A program made the translations under genes and the position numbers. The notes under the pieces were generated by a model. It worked only from the letters and a program-made list of their open reading frames with translations. It searched no databases and was not told the DNA's origin. DNA of 63,619 nt, filler included. It is 4 parts of 4 records of this genome, joined end to end, with 100 filler letters (N's around TTAATTAATTAA, not from the genome) between each part and the next. Parts side by side here need not be neighbours in the genome. Positions count along the whole stretch, not along the records: positions 21,964 to 30,160 come from SRR31156797_9990; positions 30,261 to 57,078 come from SRR31156797_9996; 2 more parts are not named here. The stretch is one strand, 5' to 3'. Of this stretch, positions 27,492 to 37,795 are shown piece after piece; the stretch's first letter is position 1, and each line of letters opens with the position of its first letter.

Positions 27492-28958
27492 GTGGGAAAA
27501 ATTTTATCAATTGTATGTGCATTGGCAGCATTAATCTTAGTAGCATGTAACGGACTGGAAACAAAAACAGAAGAGGGGGATAAAATGGCGAGTGTAAATA
27601 GTAAAGATGAGGCAATAATTAGCACTGTAAAAGAGTTTTTTCAGGCAAGTGATAATAGTGACTGGGATACTTTGGATACTATATTTGCAGATGAAGTTGT
27701 ACTTGATTACAGTTCATTTGGAGCAGGGCCTGCTGAAACTTTAACAGCGGATATGATCATAGCAAGATGGGAAGCTTTTTTACCCGGATTTGATTCAACT
27801 GATCATCAATTATCAAACTTTGCAGTTAGTGACTTAGACTCTGGACTTTCAAAAGTAACGGCAGATGTAGTAGCATATCATTATCTTGATAATGATAACT
27901 GGGTTGTAAAGGGTAGCTATGAGATCTTAGTTTCTAAAGCAGTAGATTCATATGAAATTAAAGAGTTTAAATTTAACTTTGCTGAAACAGAAGGTAATAA
28001 TGACTTAGCAGGAAAAGCTATGACAAATGCTAAACCTAAAGTATCAAAAGTAACATTTAATTCAAATGGTCAGGAGTTAGTTGGAGATTTATACTATCCG
28101 TTAGGATATGAAGCAGGTGAGAGATATTCTGCTGTAGTAGTAACAGGAAGCTGGACAACAGTTAAAGAGCAGATGGCAGCAAATTATGCAGAGAGATTAG
28201 CGAGAAAAGGATTTATTGCACTTACTTATGATTCAAGAGGTTATGGTGAAAGTGAAGGGGAAATTAGATATTATGAAAACCCTGATATGAAAATCGAAGA
28301 TATAAAAGCAGCAGTTACTTACTTAGAATCACTAGAATCAGTAGAAAATATAGGAGCATTTGGTGTGTGTGCCGGAGCTGGATATACACTAGTAGCAGCA
28401 TCGGAAGATGATAGAATCAAAGCAGTTGCAACAGCAGCATCTTGGATTCATGACGGAGAAGCAGTTAAGATGTTTTACGGTGGAGAAGAGGGAGTGCAAG
28501 CTAGAATCGCAGCGGCAGATGCAGCGGAAGCAAACTACAATTCAACTGGTGAAGTAGAATATATTCCTACATATAGCCAGTCAGATGATAGAGCAGCGAT
28601 GTACGATCCGAATAACTGGTATGATTATTATAATAATCCTGAAAGAGGTGGGATAAAGGAGTGGTCAGTTGATTTATTTGCAACTATGGGTTGGAATAAA
28701 TGGCTAACATTTAACCCTAGAACATCGGCTCCAAATCTTGATACGCCAACTTTAATGATTCATTCAGATGGTTCAGTACTTCCTGATTACACTAAAATTT
28801 ATTTTGATGAGATCAAAACAGATAATAAAAAATTAATCTGGACAGCAGTGCCTGAAGATGTAGTTGGAATGCACCAATTCTACTTCTATGATCAGGAAGC
28901 TGAGCTTAGTTTAGCTGTAGCAGAAACAACTGATTGGTTTAATACAAACTTAAAATAA
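27492..28958 (+). CDS. Lipoprotein: SnoaL/NTF2-like domain fused to an alpha/beta hydrolase with Cys nucleophile
   Basis: Lipobox LVAC; SnoaL part (DWDTLDTIFADEVVLDYS...LPGFDSTDHQLSN); hydrolase part (VKEQMAANYA, GYGESEG, GVCAG). Confidence 0.85.
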   Translation: MGKILSIVCALAALILVACNGLETKTEEGDKMASVNSKDEAIISTVKEFFQASDNSDWDTLDTIFADEVVLDYSSFGAGPAETLTADMIIARWEAFLPGFDSTDHQLSNFAVSDLDSGLSKVTADVVAYHYLDNDNWVVKGSYEILVSKAVDSYEIKEFKFNFAETEGNNDLAGKAMTNAKPKVSKVTFNSNGQELVGDLYYPLGYEAGERYSAVVVTGSWTTVKEQMAANYAERLARKGFIALTYDSRGYGESEGEIRYYENPDMKIEDIKAAVTYLESLESVENIGAFGVCAGAGYTLVAASEDDRIKAVATAASWIHDGEAVKMFYGGEEGVQARIAAADAAEANYNSTGEVEYIPTYSQSDDRAAMYDPNNWYDYYNNPERGGIKEWSVDLFATMGWNKWLTFNPRTSAPNLDTPTLMIHSDGSVLPDYTKIYFDEIKTDNKKLIWTAVPEDVVGMHQFYFYDQEAELSLAVAETTDWFNTNLK

Positions 28959-28985
28959 TTAAAGGATCAAAGATTAAGAAAAAAT

Positions 28986-29020
28986 AAAAACACCCTTTTA
29001 GTTTTTAAAGGGTGTTTTTT
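28986..29020. terminator. Bidirectional terminator
   Basis: aaaaacaccctt...aagggtgttttt between convergent genes. Confidence 0.85.
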
Positions 29021-29028
29021 GCAATTAA

Positions 29029-29931
29029 TTATTTATGACCGTCTTTATACTTCTTTGGTGTAGTTCCATAATATCGCTTAAAAGTATTTGAGAAATGACT
29101 TTGGTCATTAAAACCAAGAGAATAAGTAATTTCAATAATTGAATCATTAGAACCAGTAAGCAGAAGTTTAGCTTTCTCCATTTTTTTATTCATAATGAAT
29201 TTATATGGAGTGATTCCGGTTGATTTTTTAAACTCTTTCAAAAAATAAAATTTACTCATATGAAGTTTTTCAGCTAAATCATCAATAGTAATATTCTCAA
29301 CAATTTTTTCTTCAATATAGTTGCTAACAGTTTCAATATCTCTTTCGTTTATTATAAATTTATTACTCTTTTTATTAATTAAATCCTCATAGTTTGAGTA
29401 ATTTCTAATAAAATAATTCGAAAATAGTTTGATTAAACTATTGATATAAAAAGAACCATTTTTTCCTTCGTTTAAAACTTCGTTATAGAACATCTCTATC
29501 ATGTTTTTCAGATTATTATCATCAATGTTATAACTCTTTAGAAATTGTAAGTTATCTTTTGGGAATAATCCGTCAAAAGCACTAAAGAGTGTTTCCTGCT
29601 CAATAGTCAGAATTATGAAATAACATGTTTCATCAATCTCATGTGTAAAAGAACTCATAGGAGGGTTTAGCCATAAACTTCCAGCTTCTGTTTTCAAGTC
29701 AATCATTTGACCATCTTTTTTAGCTTTCCAGTTTAGCATTTCACCCATATCAAGAGCAAAATAGAAATTTTTGGTATAAACATTATCTGGGTAAAAATAT
29801 GGTGAGGAACCTTTTTCAAGCAGAATTCCTTCCCAGTCAAGCTTTTTACTTGATATCTCAATATCCAGAGAGTTTCCACAATCTGATATCTCATCACTTT
29901 TTTTCTTATGAAACTTGATACTTGTTCTCAT
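29029..29931 (-). CDS. AraC family transcriptional regulator
   Basis: C-terminal HTH pair (ITIDDLAEKLHMSKFYF...LGFNDQSHFSNTFKRYYGTTP); likely start ATG 29931 with AAGGA RBS. Confidence 0.92.
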   Translation of the reverse strand: MRTSIKFHKKKSDEISDCGNSLDIEISSKKLDWEGILLEKGSSPYFYPDNVYTKNFYFALDMGEMLNWKAKKDGQMIDLKTEAGSLWLNPPMSSFTHEIDETCYFIILTIEQETLFSAFDGLFPKDNLQFLKSYNIDDNNLKNMIEMFYNEVLNEGKNGSFYINSLIKLFSNYFIRNYSNYEDLINKKSNKFIINERDIETVSNYIEEKIVENITIDDLAEKLHMSKFYFLKEFKKSTGITPYKFIMNKKMEKAKLLLTGSNDSIIEITYSLGFNDQSHFSNTFKRYYGTTPKKYKDGHK

Positions 29932-29966
29932 TGTTACCATCCTTTTTGATTTTAAAATAAATTTTT

Positions 29967-30023
29967 TACAAAAAATCAATCAATAACTTACAAGAATAAA
30001 CTTCTTGAAATAGATATAATTAT
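29967..30023 (+). repeat. 57-bp element, copy B (copy A at 27282-27338)
   Basis: 48/57 identity by manual alignment. Confidence 0.8.
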
Positions 30024-30160
30024 CATACGTTGGTTAGTAAATTATAGCAGGAAAAAGATAAATGTCAAAAATCAATAACTGAGGATGAAAACTTCTTAAA
30101 ATATTTCCTGTGATATGGGAAAGTATAAATTTGGAAGTTTTTAAAGGTTTCGCCTTATTT

Positions 30161-30260
30161 NNNNNNNNNNNNNNNNNNNNNNNNNNNNNNNNNNNNNNNN
30201 NNNNTTAATTAATTAANNNNNNNNNNNNNNNNNNNNNNNNNNNNNNNNNNNNNNNNNNNN
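30161..30260. other. Artificial contig spacer
   Basis: 44 N + TTAATTAATTAA + 44 N. Confidence 0.99.
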
Positions 30261-30374
30261 CAAAAGGGTTTAAGAATCCCAAAACGTTTTAATAAGCTTC
30301 GCGCCTATTCATAAAAAAACATATAAATTATAGCTTGAGGACCGGTATAACAGATCCTCAAGCTATTTAAGATA

Positions 30375-31298
30375 CTAAATCTCGTAGTAATCCAGCCAGC
30401 CTTTGTACTCGTCATTGCCGCCTTTAACAGCGTTGAAGTACTCTTTCTGGAGGACAGTACCGATAGGACCGCGCTTACCTTCGCCGATGATGCGGTTATC
30501 CACTTCGCAGATGGGGGTAACTTCAGCAGCAGTACCGCAGAAGAAAGCCTCATCAGCAATGTAGAGTTCGTCACGGGTGAAAAGCTGCTCTACAACTTCG
30601 TAACCGAGATCACGGGCAACCTTCATCAGGCTGGCACGGGTGATACCGGGCAATACGGAAGTAAGCGGAGTGGTCTTGATCACGTTATCCTTAACAATGA
30701 ATATGTTTTCACCGGTAGCTTCGGAAACAAATCCGGAAGTGTCGAGCATGAGAGCTTCGTCGTAACCGTCCTGTACAGCCTCAACCTTGGCAAGGATGGA
30801 GTTAACATAGTTACCGCAAGCCTTGGACTTGGTCATCATGACGTTTACGTGATGACGGTTGAAGGAAGAAGTCTTAACGCGAATACCCTTTTCAAGAGCT
30901 TCTTCACCAAGGTAAGCACCCCAAGGCCATGTTGCGATGCAAACACGAATGGGGTTTTTGCCGGGGTGTACACCCATGGCACCGTCACCGATGAAAACGA
31001 GGGGACGGATGTAACCTTCTTTCAGGCCGTTCACTTTCAGGGTCTCGAGAATCGCATCGTGAATTTCTTCAACAGTAAAAGGAATGGTCATTCCGAGAAT
31101 CTTTGCGGAATCGAAAAGACGAACCACATGCTCACGCAACCTGAAGACAGCGGATTTGCCGTCCACAGTAGCGTATGCGCGGATACCTTCAAATACACCT
31201 GCGCCGTAGTGCAGGGTGTGGGTCAGCACGTGAACCTGTGCATCGTCCCAATTAACCAATTCACCGTCAAACCAGATTTTTTCTGCTTTTTGAACCAT
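30375..31298 (-). CDS. ilvE: Branched-chain amino acid aminotransferase
   Basis: [31 protein letters not shown] lysine, [23 protein letters not shown]. Confidence 0.97.
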   Translation of the reverse strand: MVQKAEKIWFDGELVNWDDAQVHVLTHTLHYGAGVFEGIRAYATVDGKSAVFRLREHVVRLFDSAKILGMTIPFTVEEIHDAILETLKVNGLKEGYIRPLVFIGDGAMGVHPGKNPIRVCIATWPWGAYLGEEALEKGIRVKTSSFNRHHVNVMMTKSKACGNYVNSILAKVEAVQDGYDEALMLDTSGFVSEATGENIFIVKDNVIKTTPLTSVLPGITRASLMKVARDLGYEVVEQLFTRDELYIADEAFFCGTAAEVTPICEVDNRIIGEGKRGPIGTVLQKEYFNAVKGGNDEYKGWLDYYEI

Positions 31299-31530
31299 TA
31301 TGTCCCCCTAATTTTCTTCTATAAATATAGTTAGCACAGGCCATATTGAGCCCCGCTTGATAACAACAGCGAACAACAGAATGAATGAAGCTAAAAAAAA
31401 GAGGGTCCAAGGTCAAGAAGGAACGAGAAGATCAAGGTCAGGAAATAATAAATAATGCAAAACAGAACGCAGAAAATGGACGGAAACCAATAAGCCCCCG
31501 TCCTTATATTCAAACCATCACCGGCTGAAA

Positions 31531-31839
31531 TCAGACGCTGACAACAGAATTTTCTGAGTCTCCGTACGGGGTCGTCTCAGTACGGTCCGGGTCGGTATCA
31601 TTGAACCAGATCTTGCTCCCAGCCAGATAGCGAAACTGGTAATCACGTCCGACTTCAAGATCAACGGTCACAGTATACTTACCGCTTTTCAATTTTTTCA
31701 TGGGGATAGAGCTTTGATCCCAACCATTAAAATCACCAACCAGATAGATCGCTTCACCGTTTTCCACCTGATCCTTATCCACTTCAAACTTAACCTTGCA
31801 AACAGGTTTGCTTTTAAGAAACTTCTTGGAAAGAGCCAC
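31531..31839 (-). CDS. Isoamylase early-set / CBM48-like glycogen-binding protein
   Basis: LVGDFNGW, MKKLKSGKY, YQFRYL, W.ND motifs. Confidence 0.88.
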   Translation of the reverse strand: MALSKKFLKSKPVCKVKFEVDKDQVENGEAIYLVGDFNGWDQSSIPMKKLKSGKYTVTVDLEVGRDYQFRYLAGSKIWFNDTDPDRTETTPYGDSENSVVSV

Positions 31840-32176
31840 CGGAGCCTCCTGATGGTTTTATAATTTCAAAAACGTCAGTGAAAATTTTTTCTGTTAATAA
31901 TTAATCGTTATTTTTTTTTAATGTCAACATCACTCTAAAAAAATCCATACAAACGTCACCTGTTAATTTTGATAAAATATTCGAAAAAAGATGTTTTTCA
32001 CCCTATTATAACATGCATAAAACACCTAAAAATCGAATTTTGTTCTGCCTATTGCGATTTTAAAAACTTTTTTTCTCTAGAAACATTAGCATACACACAA
32101 ATATTAGTTTTGACAGCAATGAGCACCATGGTTACATATCACCTTTAAGTTTATATTTTATTTAGGAGTAACGACC

Positions 32177-33352
32177 ATGGACAAGTTTCCAAGAGTTCAC
32201 CGGCTGCCCCCCTATGTGTTTGCCAAGGTGAATGAACTGAAAATGCAGATGCGCCACGAAGGTGAGGATATCATCGACCTTGGCATGGGGAACCCAGACC
32301 TCCCCACCCCCCAGCACATTGTAGACAAACTGGTTGAAGCGGCGAACAAGCCCGCCAACCATCGCTACAGCGCGTCAAGGGGAATCAAGGGCCTCCGCAG
32401 AGAAATGGCGCTTTGGTATAAAAGAAGATATGGCGTTGAACTGGATTATGATCAGGAAGTGGTCGTTACCATGGGCGCCAAAGAGGGGCTGGCGCACCTG
32501 GCGTTAGTAATGCTTTCACCCGGTGATGTTGTTTTCGCGCCGGACCCGTCTTACCCCATCCACCCGTACGCAAGTATTATTGCCGGGGCGGACGTAAGAC
32601 GTGTTCCTATGGCTCATGATCGTGATTTCTTTGAAGATCTGGAACTGGCAATGCGCCAGACATGGCCCAAGCCGAAACTGCTTATCATCAACTTTCCGCA
32701 TAACCCCACCGGAATCACTGCGGATATCCCGTTTTTTGAAAAAATCGTTGATTTTGCAAAAGACAACGACCTGCTGGTCATCCACGACCTCGCCTATGCA
32801 GATTTTACCTTTGACGGATATGAAGCACCCAGCTTCCTGCAGGCACGCGGAGCTAAAGACGTGGGCGTAGAGTTCTTCTCCCTGTCCAAAAGCTATTCCA
32901 TGCCCGGTTGGCGTGTAGGATTCTGCTGCGGTAACCAAGAAATGGTTCAGGCCCTGACCCGCATCAAGAGTTACTTAGACTACGGCCTATTCCAGCCTAT
33001 CCAGATTGCAGCCTGCCACGCCCTTTCCGGCCCGCAGGAATGCGTACGCGAAATCATGGATATCTATCAGGACCGCCGCGACGCCCTTTGCGAAGGCTTA
33101 CAGCGCATCGGCTGGGATGTAACCCCGCCTAAGGCAACCCAATTCTTATGGGCTCCGATTCCTGAGCAATTCAAAGACCTTGGCTCGGTGGAATTCTCCA
33201 AGCTGCTGCTTCGCGAATGCAAGGTGGCTGTTGCCCCCGGACTCGGCTTCGGTAGCTACGGAGACGACCACGTCCGCATGGCCCTTGTAGAGAACAGGCA
33301 GCGAATAAACCAAGCAATCCGCGGCATGAAGGACCTATTTGCCAAAGGGTAA
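32177..33352 (+). CDS. Class I/II PLP aminotransferase (AlaC/YfdZ-like)
   Basis: [41 protein letters not shown]. Confidence 0.92.
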   Translation: MDKFPRVHRLPPYVFAKVNELKMQMRHEGEDIIDLGMGNPDLPTPQHIVDKLVEAANKPANHRYSASRGIKGLRREMALWYKRRYGVELDYDQEVVVTMGAKEGLAHLALVMLSPGDVVFAPDPSYPIHPYASIIAGADVRRVPMAHDRDFFEDLELAMRQTWPKPKLLIINFPHNPTGITADIPFFEKIVDFAKDNDLLVIHDLAYADFTFDGYEAPSFLQARGAKDVGVEFFSLSKSYSMPGWRVGFCCGNQEMVQALTRIKSYLDYGLFQPIQIAACHALSGPQECVREIMDIYQDRRDALCEGLQRIGWDVTPPKATQFLWAPIPEQFKDLGSVEFSKLLLRECKVAVAPGLGFGSYGDDHVRMALVENRQRINQAIRGMKDLFAKG

Positions 33353-33371
33353 AAGATAATTATTCAAATTT

Positions 33372-33411
33372 CTGGCAGGTTGCGGTATAAAGCAGCCTGC
33401 CAGTTTTTTTT
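33372..33411 (+). terminator. Rho-independent terminator
   Basis: ctggcaggttgc...gcagcctgccag followed by a T8 tract. Confidence 0.8.
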
Positions 33412-33441
33412 GAAACATGAGAAATGAATTAAGAGGTTTTA

Positions 33442-34731
33442 ATGCAGACTGTTAAGCTTGCCATCGCCGGATTCGGCACTGTCGGAACCGGACTCGCCCG
33501 GATTTTGGAAGAAAACGAAGATGTAATACTCGCCCGCTGCGGGAAAAAATTCGAGATTACATCCGTTCTAGTCCGTGACGTGAACAAAAAAAGAGATTTC
33601 CTACCCGGACCTGAAGTAAAATTCACCGCTGACCCCGACGAATTCACATCCAGCCCGGATGTAGACATCGTAGTGGAACTAATGGGCGGAACGACCGTGG
33701 CTAAAGAAATCGTCATAAAAGCCCTCAAAGCAGGCAAGCACGTAGTCACCGCCAACAAACATCTGCTGGCTGAACACGGTATCGAACTTTTCAAGATCGC
33801 TGCCGAGAACAAAGTAGGTTTGTACTACGAATCCAGCGTTGCCGGCGGTATTCCCATCATCCAATCCATCAAGGAATCACTGGCCGGGAACCGCATTAAA
33901 TCCATTGTCGGTATCCTCAACGGAACCGCAAACTATATCCTTTCCGAAATGTCCACTAGTGGATTGGAATTTGATAAAGCACTGGAGCAGGCTACCGAGC
34001 TGGGATATGCCGAAGCAGACCCCACCTTTGATATTGAAGGGATTGACGCTGCGCACAAAGTGTGTGTGCTGGCCCGCATCGCTTACGGCAAGGATTATCC
34101 CCTTTCCGAGCTGCCTATTGAAGGCATCACCAAGGTTGAAGGGCAGGATATCCGCTTTGCCCGTGAGTTCGGTTACCGCGTGAAACTCATCGGCGCAGTA
34201 CAGGATGTGGGTGGCAAGCTGGAAGCCGGAGTATTCCCGGCACTGGTTAAATATACCCTGCTGCTGGCCCGAGTTGGCGGTAACTACAATGCTGTGCGCG
34301 TTGAAGGTAATGCTGTCGGCCCCGCATTTTTTCACGGTCAGGGTGCTGGATCACTGCCCACAGGAAGCGCAGTACTGGCCGACATCATGGCCCTTGCCAA
34401 AACCGACAAGCCGGACAACACCGGATTCTGCAACGCCACCATAGAAAAAGCAAACATCCTCCCCCCGGAACTAGCGACCTCGGAATATTACTTCCGCTTC
34501 ACAGTTCAGGATAAAGCAGGGGTTATGGCGGCTCTTTCCAAGTGCCTAGCCGAACACAATATTTCCATTGCGCAGGCAGTGCAGAAGGGTAATCCCGATG
34601 AAAAGGACATCCCGGTAGTCTTCACCACCCACAAGTCCAGCACCAAGGACGTGAATGCAGCCATTGCCGAGATCGACAAGATGCCCTTCATCACCAAGCC
34701 AACCATCTCTATGCGAATTTTAAAAGGATAG
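33442..34731 (+). CDS. hom: Homoserine dehydrogenase with C-terminal ACT domain
   Basis: GFGTVG, VTANK, VAGGIP, GILNGTANYIL, GYAEADP, GQGAG, ACT domain. Confidence 0.97.
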   Translation: MQTVKLAIAGFGTVGTGLARILEENEDVILARCGKKFEITSVLVRDVNKKRDFLPGPEVKFTADPDEFTSSPDVDIVVELMGGTTVAKEIVIKALKAGKHVVTANKHLLAEHGIELFKIAAENKVGLYYESSVAGGIPIIQSIKESLAGNRIKSIVGILNGTANYILSEMSTSGLEFDKALEQATELGYAEADPTFDIEGIDAAHKVCVLARIAYGKDYPLSELPIEGITKVEGQDIRFAREFGYRVKLIGAVQDVGGKLEAGVFPALVKYTLLLARVGGNYNAVRVEGNAVGPAFFHGQGAGSLPTGSAVLADIMALAKTDKPDNTGFCNATIEKANILPPELATSEYYFRFTVQDKAGVMAALSKCLAEHNISIAQAVQKGNPDEKDIPVVFTTHKSSTKDVNAAIAEIDKMPFITKPTISMRILKG

Positions 34732-34740
34732 CTTTTACAT

Positions 34741-35922
34741 ATGAAACTTCTTTTTCTCATTGCTGACGGAATGGGCGGCTGGCCCATCGAGGAACTTGAT
34801 AACAAGACCACCCTTGCTGCCGCCAACACCCCGAACATGGATATGTTGGCCGGAAAGGGATTGATCGGCACCTGCCGTACCGTTCCCAAAGGCATGGCTC
34901 CCGGTTCCGATGTTGCCAACATGTCCCTGCTGGGATTCGACCCCGCCACTTACCACACTGGACGCGGCCCCATCGAGGCCGCCGCACAGGGTCTTCAACT
35001 CGACCCGGAAGATCTGGTCTGGCGCATGAATCTGGTCAATATTTCTGAGTTCGTCGAAAACGGCACTATGTTCGACTACTCCGCCGGACACATCGGAACG
35101 GACGAATCTGTGCCGCTGGTGGAAAAGCTGCAAGCCGAGCTGGGCAATGATGAATTCACTTTCTACCCTGGCATCCAATACCGCCACTTGCTAGTCCATA
35201 AGGGCGGCGCTAAAAAGATGGAAGCGGGACTGAACATCCGTCCGCCCCACGATCTGACCGACAAGCCCATTGACGAAGATGTACGCGAATATGCTAAAAG
35301 CCCGCTCATGGATAAGCTGGTCCGTGATGCCGCCAAAATCCTTGAAGATAACGGGACCAAAGCCGTATCCATCTGGCCTTGGGGACAGGGCCGTCCGCTG
35401 ATCCTGCCGCCCTTTGAAGAAAAGTTCGGCATGAAGGGTGCGGTAATTTCCGCAGTTGACCTTATTAAAGGACTGGGCCATGCTTCGGGCATGGAAGTGA
35501 TTAACGTGGAAGGTGCCACCGGGCTGGTTGACACTAACTACGAAGGTAAGGTCGAAGCGACACTCAAGTTTCTTGAACACGGCGATTTCGTCTACGTACA
35601 CCTTGAAGGCCCGGACGAATCCGGACATATGGGCAGCGTGGAAGACAAAATCAAATCCATTGAGCGCTTTGATTCACGTATTGTGGCTCCACTGCTGGAA
35701 AAATATCCGCTGGACAAAGCTAACTACGTGATCACCTGCGACCACTTCACCCCAATTGAAACAAGAACCCACGACGAAACCCCGGTTCCTTTCATCATGA
35801 CTTCGCCGCGGATTATTCCTTCCGGCGAAAAATCATTCACTGAGGAAACTGCCGACCGTGCCGGAATCATCATCCCGGACGGACACGATTTTATGCAGTG
35901 GGTGCTGAATAAGACAAAATAA
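34741..35922 (+). CDS. apgM: ApgM-family cofactor-independent phosphoglycerate mutase / proposed homoserine kinase
   Basis: ADGMG, TPNMD, PGSDVANMSLLG, GRGPIEA, HLEGPDESGH, DHFTP, TH metal motifs; adjacent to hom. Confidence 0.9.
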   Translation: MKLLFLIADGMGGWPIEELDNKTTLAAANTPNMDMLAGKGLIGTCRTVPKGMAPGSDVANMSLLGFDPATYHTGRGPIEAAAQGLQLDPEDLVWRMNLVNISEFVENGTMFDYSAGHIGTDESVPLVEKLQAELGNDEFTFYPGIQYRHLLVHKGGAKKMEAGLNIRPPHDLTDKPIDEDVREYAKSPLMDKLVRDAAKILEDNGTKAVSIWPWGQGRPLILPPFEEKFGMKGAVISAVDLIKGLGHASGMEVINVEGATGLVDTNYEGKVEATLKFLEHGDFVYVHLEGPDESGHMGSVEDKIKSIERFDSRIVAPLLEKYPLDKANYVITCDHFTPIETRTHDETPVPFIMTSPRIIPSGEKSFTEETADRAGIIIPDGHDFMQWVLNKTK

Positions 35923-35924
35923 TC

Positions 35925-36335
35925 ATGAACACCGAATTCCCAAGTCCGCACTCATGGCTGGCCCATAGTGTTTCCTACGGCGAAACAGATGCCATGGGTG
36001 TGGTTTATTATGCAGAATATCTGCACTTTTTTGAGCGGTCACGTTCGCTTTTCATCCGCGAACGGGGCATGAGCTATGCAAAAGTTGAAGAGCGCGGCAT
36101 CTACCTGCCCGTACGTGAAGCCAATTGCCGTTACCGCATTCCGGCCCAATACGATGACCAGCTTGATATTCAAGTCGGCATCAGCGAATGGAAACGCGCT
36201 TCCATCAAGTTCACTTACAATATATTCAAGGATGAACGCTCAACGCTCATCGCAACCGGATTCACCGAGCACGCCTGCGTCAACAAAGACGGACGCCCTG
36301 TGCGCGTCCCGGAATGGTTACGCGAAATTTTCTAG
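35925..36335 (+). CDS. Acyl-CoA thioesterase (YbgC/FadM, 4HBT family)
   Basis: YGETDAMGVVYYAEYLHFFERSR. Confidence 0.92.
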   Translation: MNTEFPSPHSWLAHSVSYGETDAMGVVYYAEYLHFFERSRSLFIRERGMSYAKVEERGIYLPVREANCRYRIPAQYDDQLDIQVGISEWKRASIKFTYNIFKDERSTLIATGFTEHACVNKDGRPVRVPEWLREIF

Positions 36336-36406
36336 TAAGACTTTTAATCCCCACTCGAGACTCTCGTCATTTTTCCTGACTTCAGATTCCCGTGAGAGGA
36401 AATAAA

Positions 36407-36437
36407 CAGGGTGTGAATATATAATATTCACACCCTG
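36407..36437. repeat. Perfect 14-bp inverted repeat (stem-loop or operator)
   Basis: cagggtgtgaatat-ata-atattcacaccctg, no T tract. Confidence 0.75.
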
Positions 36438-36468
36438 AATCAGTAATTTCAAACACGGACATATAATC

Positions 36469-37254
36469 ATGTACTACGACGTTCATACCCATGCATTCCA
36501 CCCTAAAATTGCTGACAAGGTAATCCAACAACTACACGATCATTACGGCATAACAGCAGTGGGCAACGGTCACCCCGAAGACCTGCTCAACCGTGCTACG
36601 CGTGCGGGGCTGGACCGGGTAATCATACATACTGCGGCCACCGCACCGGATCAGGTCATACCCGCCAATAACTGGTCCATTGAACTGGCAAAATCCGACG
36701 AGCGCATTGTGACCTTCGGAACCATGCACCCGGATTATGCCGACCCGGAAAAAGAATTTGCACGACTGGAACGAAACGGTATCAAGGGCCTGAAATTTCA
36801 CCCTGATTTTCAGGGATTCTTTATGAATGACCGCAAATTTTACCGCATAATGGAAATGGCACAGGACCGCTTTGTATGTATGTTTCACATCGGAGACAGA
36901 CTTCCACCTGCCCAAAATCCATCCTGCCCGTTGAAACTTAAAAAGCTACTCCAGAACTTCCCGCGTCTCAAAGCCATCGGCGCACACATGGGCGGACTCT
37001 ACCATTGGAAAATGGTTGCCGAAGAACTGGCGGGAATGGATGTTTACTTCGATACTTCCAGCTGCCTGCCTTTCATGGATAAGAAAGAACTTTACGAAAT
37101 AATCGACAAACACCCACGCGAAAGAATTCTTTTCGGCAGCGACTATCCGCTCTTTGATCCGCAGGATTCAATGAAAGAATTGCAGCACGCACTCAAGCTG
37201 AAAGACAGCGAACTGGAACAACACATGAGTGCGGTAGAAGGACTACTTGGATAA
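36469..37254 (+). CDS. Amidohydrolase_2 family TIM-barrel metal-dependent hydrolase
   Basis: DVHTH, GLKFHP, FHIG, AHMGG, LFGSDYP. Confidence 0.92.
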   Translation: MYYDVHTHAFHPKIADKVIQQLHDHYGITAVGNGHPEDLLNRATRAGLDRVIIHTAATAPDQVIPANNWSIELAKSDERIVTFGTMHPDYADPEKEFARLERNGIKGLKFHPDFQGFFMNDRKFYRIMEMAQDRFVCMFHIGDRLPPAQNPSCPLKLKKLLQNFPRLKAIGAHMGGLYHWKMVAEELAGMDVYFDTSSCLPFMDKKELYEIIDKHPRERILFGSDYPLFDPQDSMKELQHALKLKDSELEQHMSAVEGLLG

Positions 37255-37257
37255 GAC

Positions 37258-37290
37258 TAAAGCGCACAAGGAATTACCTTGGGCGCTTTA
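37258..37290. terminator. Hairpin between convergent genes
   Basis: taaagcgcacaagg...ccttgggcgcttta. Confidence 0.6.
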
Positions 37291-37291
37291 G

Positions 37292-37795
37292 TTATTCTGC
37301 CGCATACTTTCCCATGAAATGGACTACTAAATGGCTAAACGGCCTGATCAGATTAAAATAAACCGGACCAGTCCAATGCCTATAATGGACAATTGTAAAT
37401 ACATGGTAATGATGCAAGCCGTTTTCAGCAGGCTCAAAAACCACACCTATATATCCGACGAGATGCCTATCTGTGGCCTCACCGATCCAGAATTTATTTG
37501 CTTCAAAATCAACTGAATTAAAAAAATCCACCTGCCCGCCACGGTTGAAATCGTAATCAGAAACTTCAAGGCCGTGATTCATAAACTCATCATGCTTAAG
37601 CCCCATCATTTTGGCCAGTACGCCTCTGACCTTGTATAGAAATGTCAGCCACCCCGGTTTGTAGGACATCAAACGGATCAAAAAATCTTCCATATCACGA
37701 CGGCTATCAAAGACTCGGCAGTCGATGTAGTCGGCATCAGCACTAAATTTATGTATTTGAGGAATTGCATTTAAGATTCCTATGTACTTAGTCAT
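37292..37795 (-). CDS. DUF2867 domain protein
   Basis: ADYID, PGWLTFLYKVR, DRHL, VHYRHWTGPVYFNLIRPF. Confidence 0.85.
   Translation of the reverse strand: MTKYIGILNAIPQIHKFSADADYIDCRVFDSRRDMEDFLIRLMSYKPGWLTFLYKVRGVLAKMMGLKHDEFMNHGLEVSDYDFNRGGQVDFFNSVDFEANKFWIGEATDRHLVGYIGVVFEPAENGLHHYHVFTIVHYRHWTGPVYFNLIRPFSHLVVHFMGKYAAE

Noticed and set aside
30261-30304. Fragment of a dispersed intergenic repeat at the start of contig 3
   Set aside because: It resembles repeats recalled from Desulfovibrionaceae but is truncated and single-copy here, so it cannot be supported
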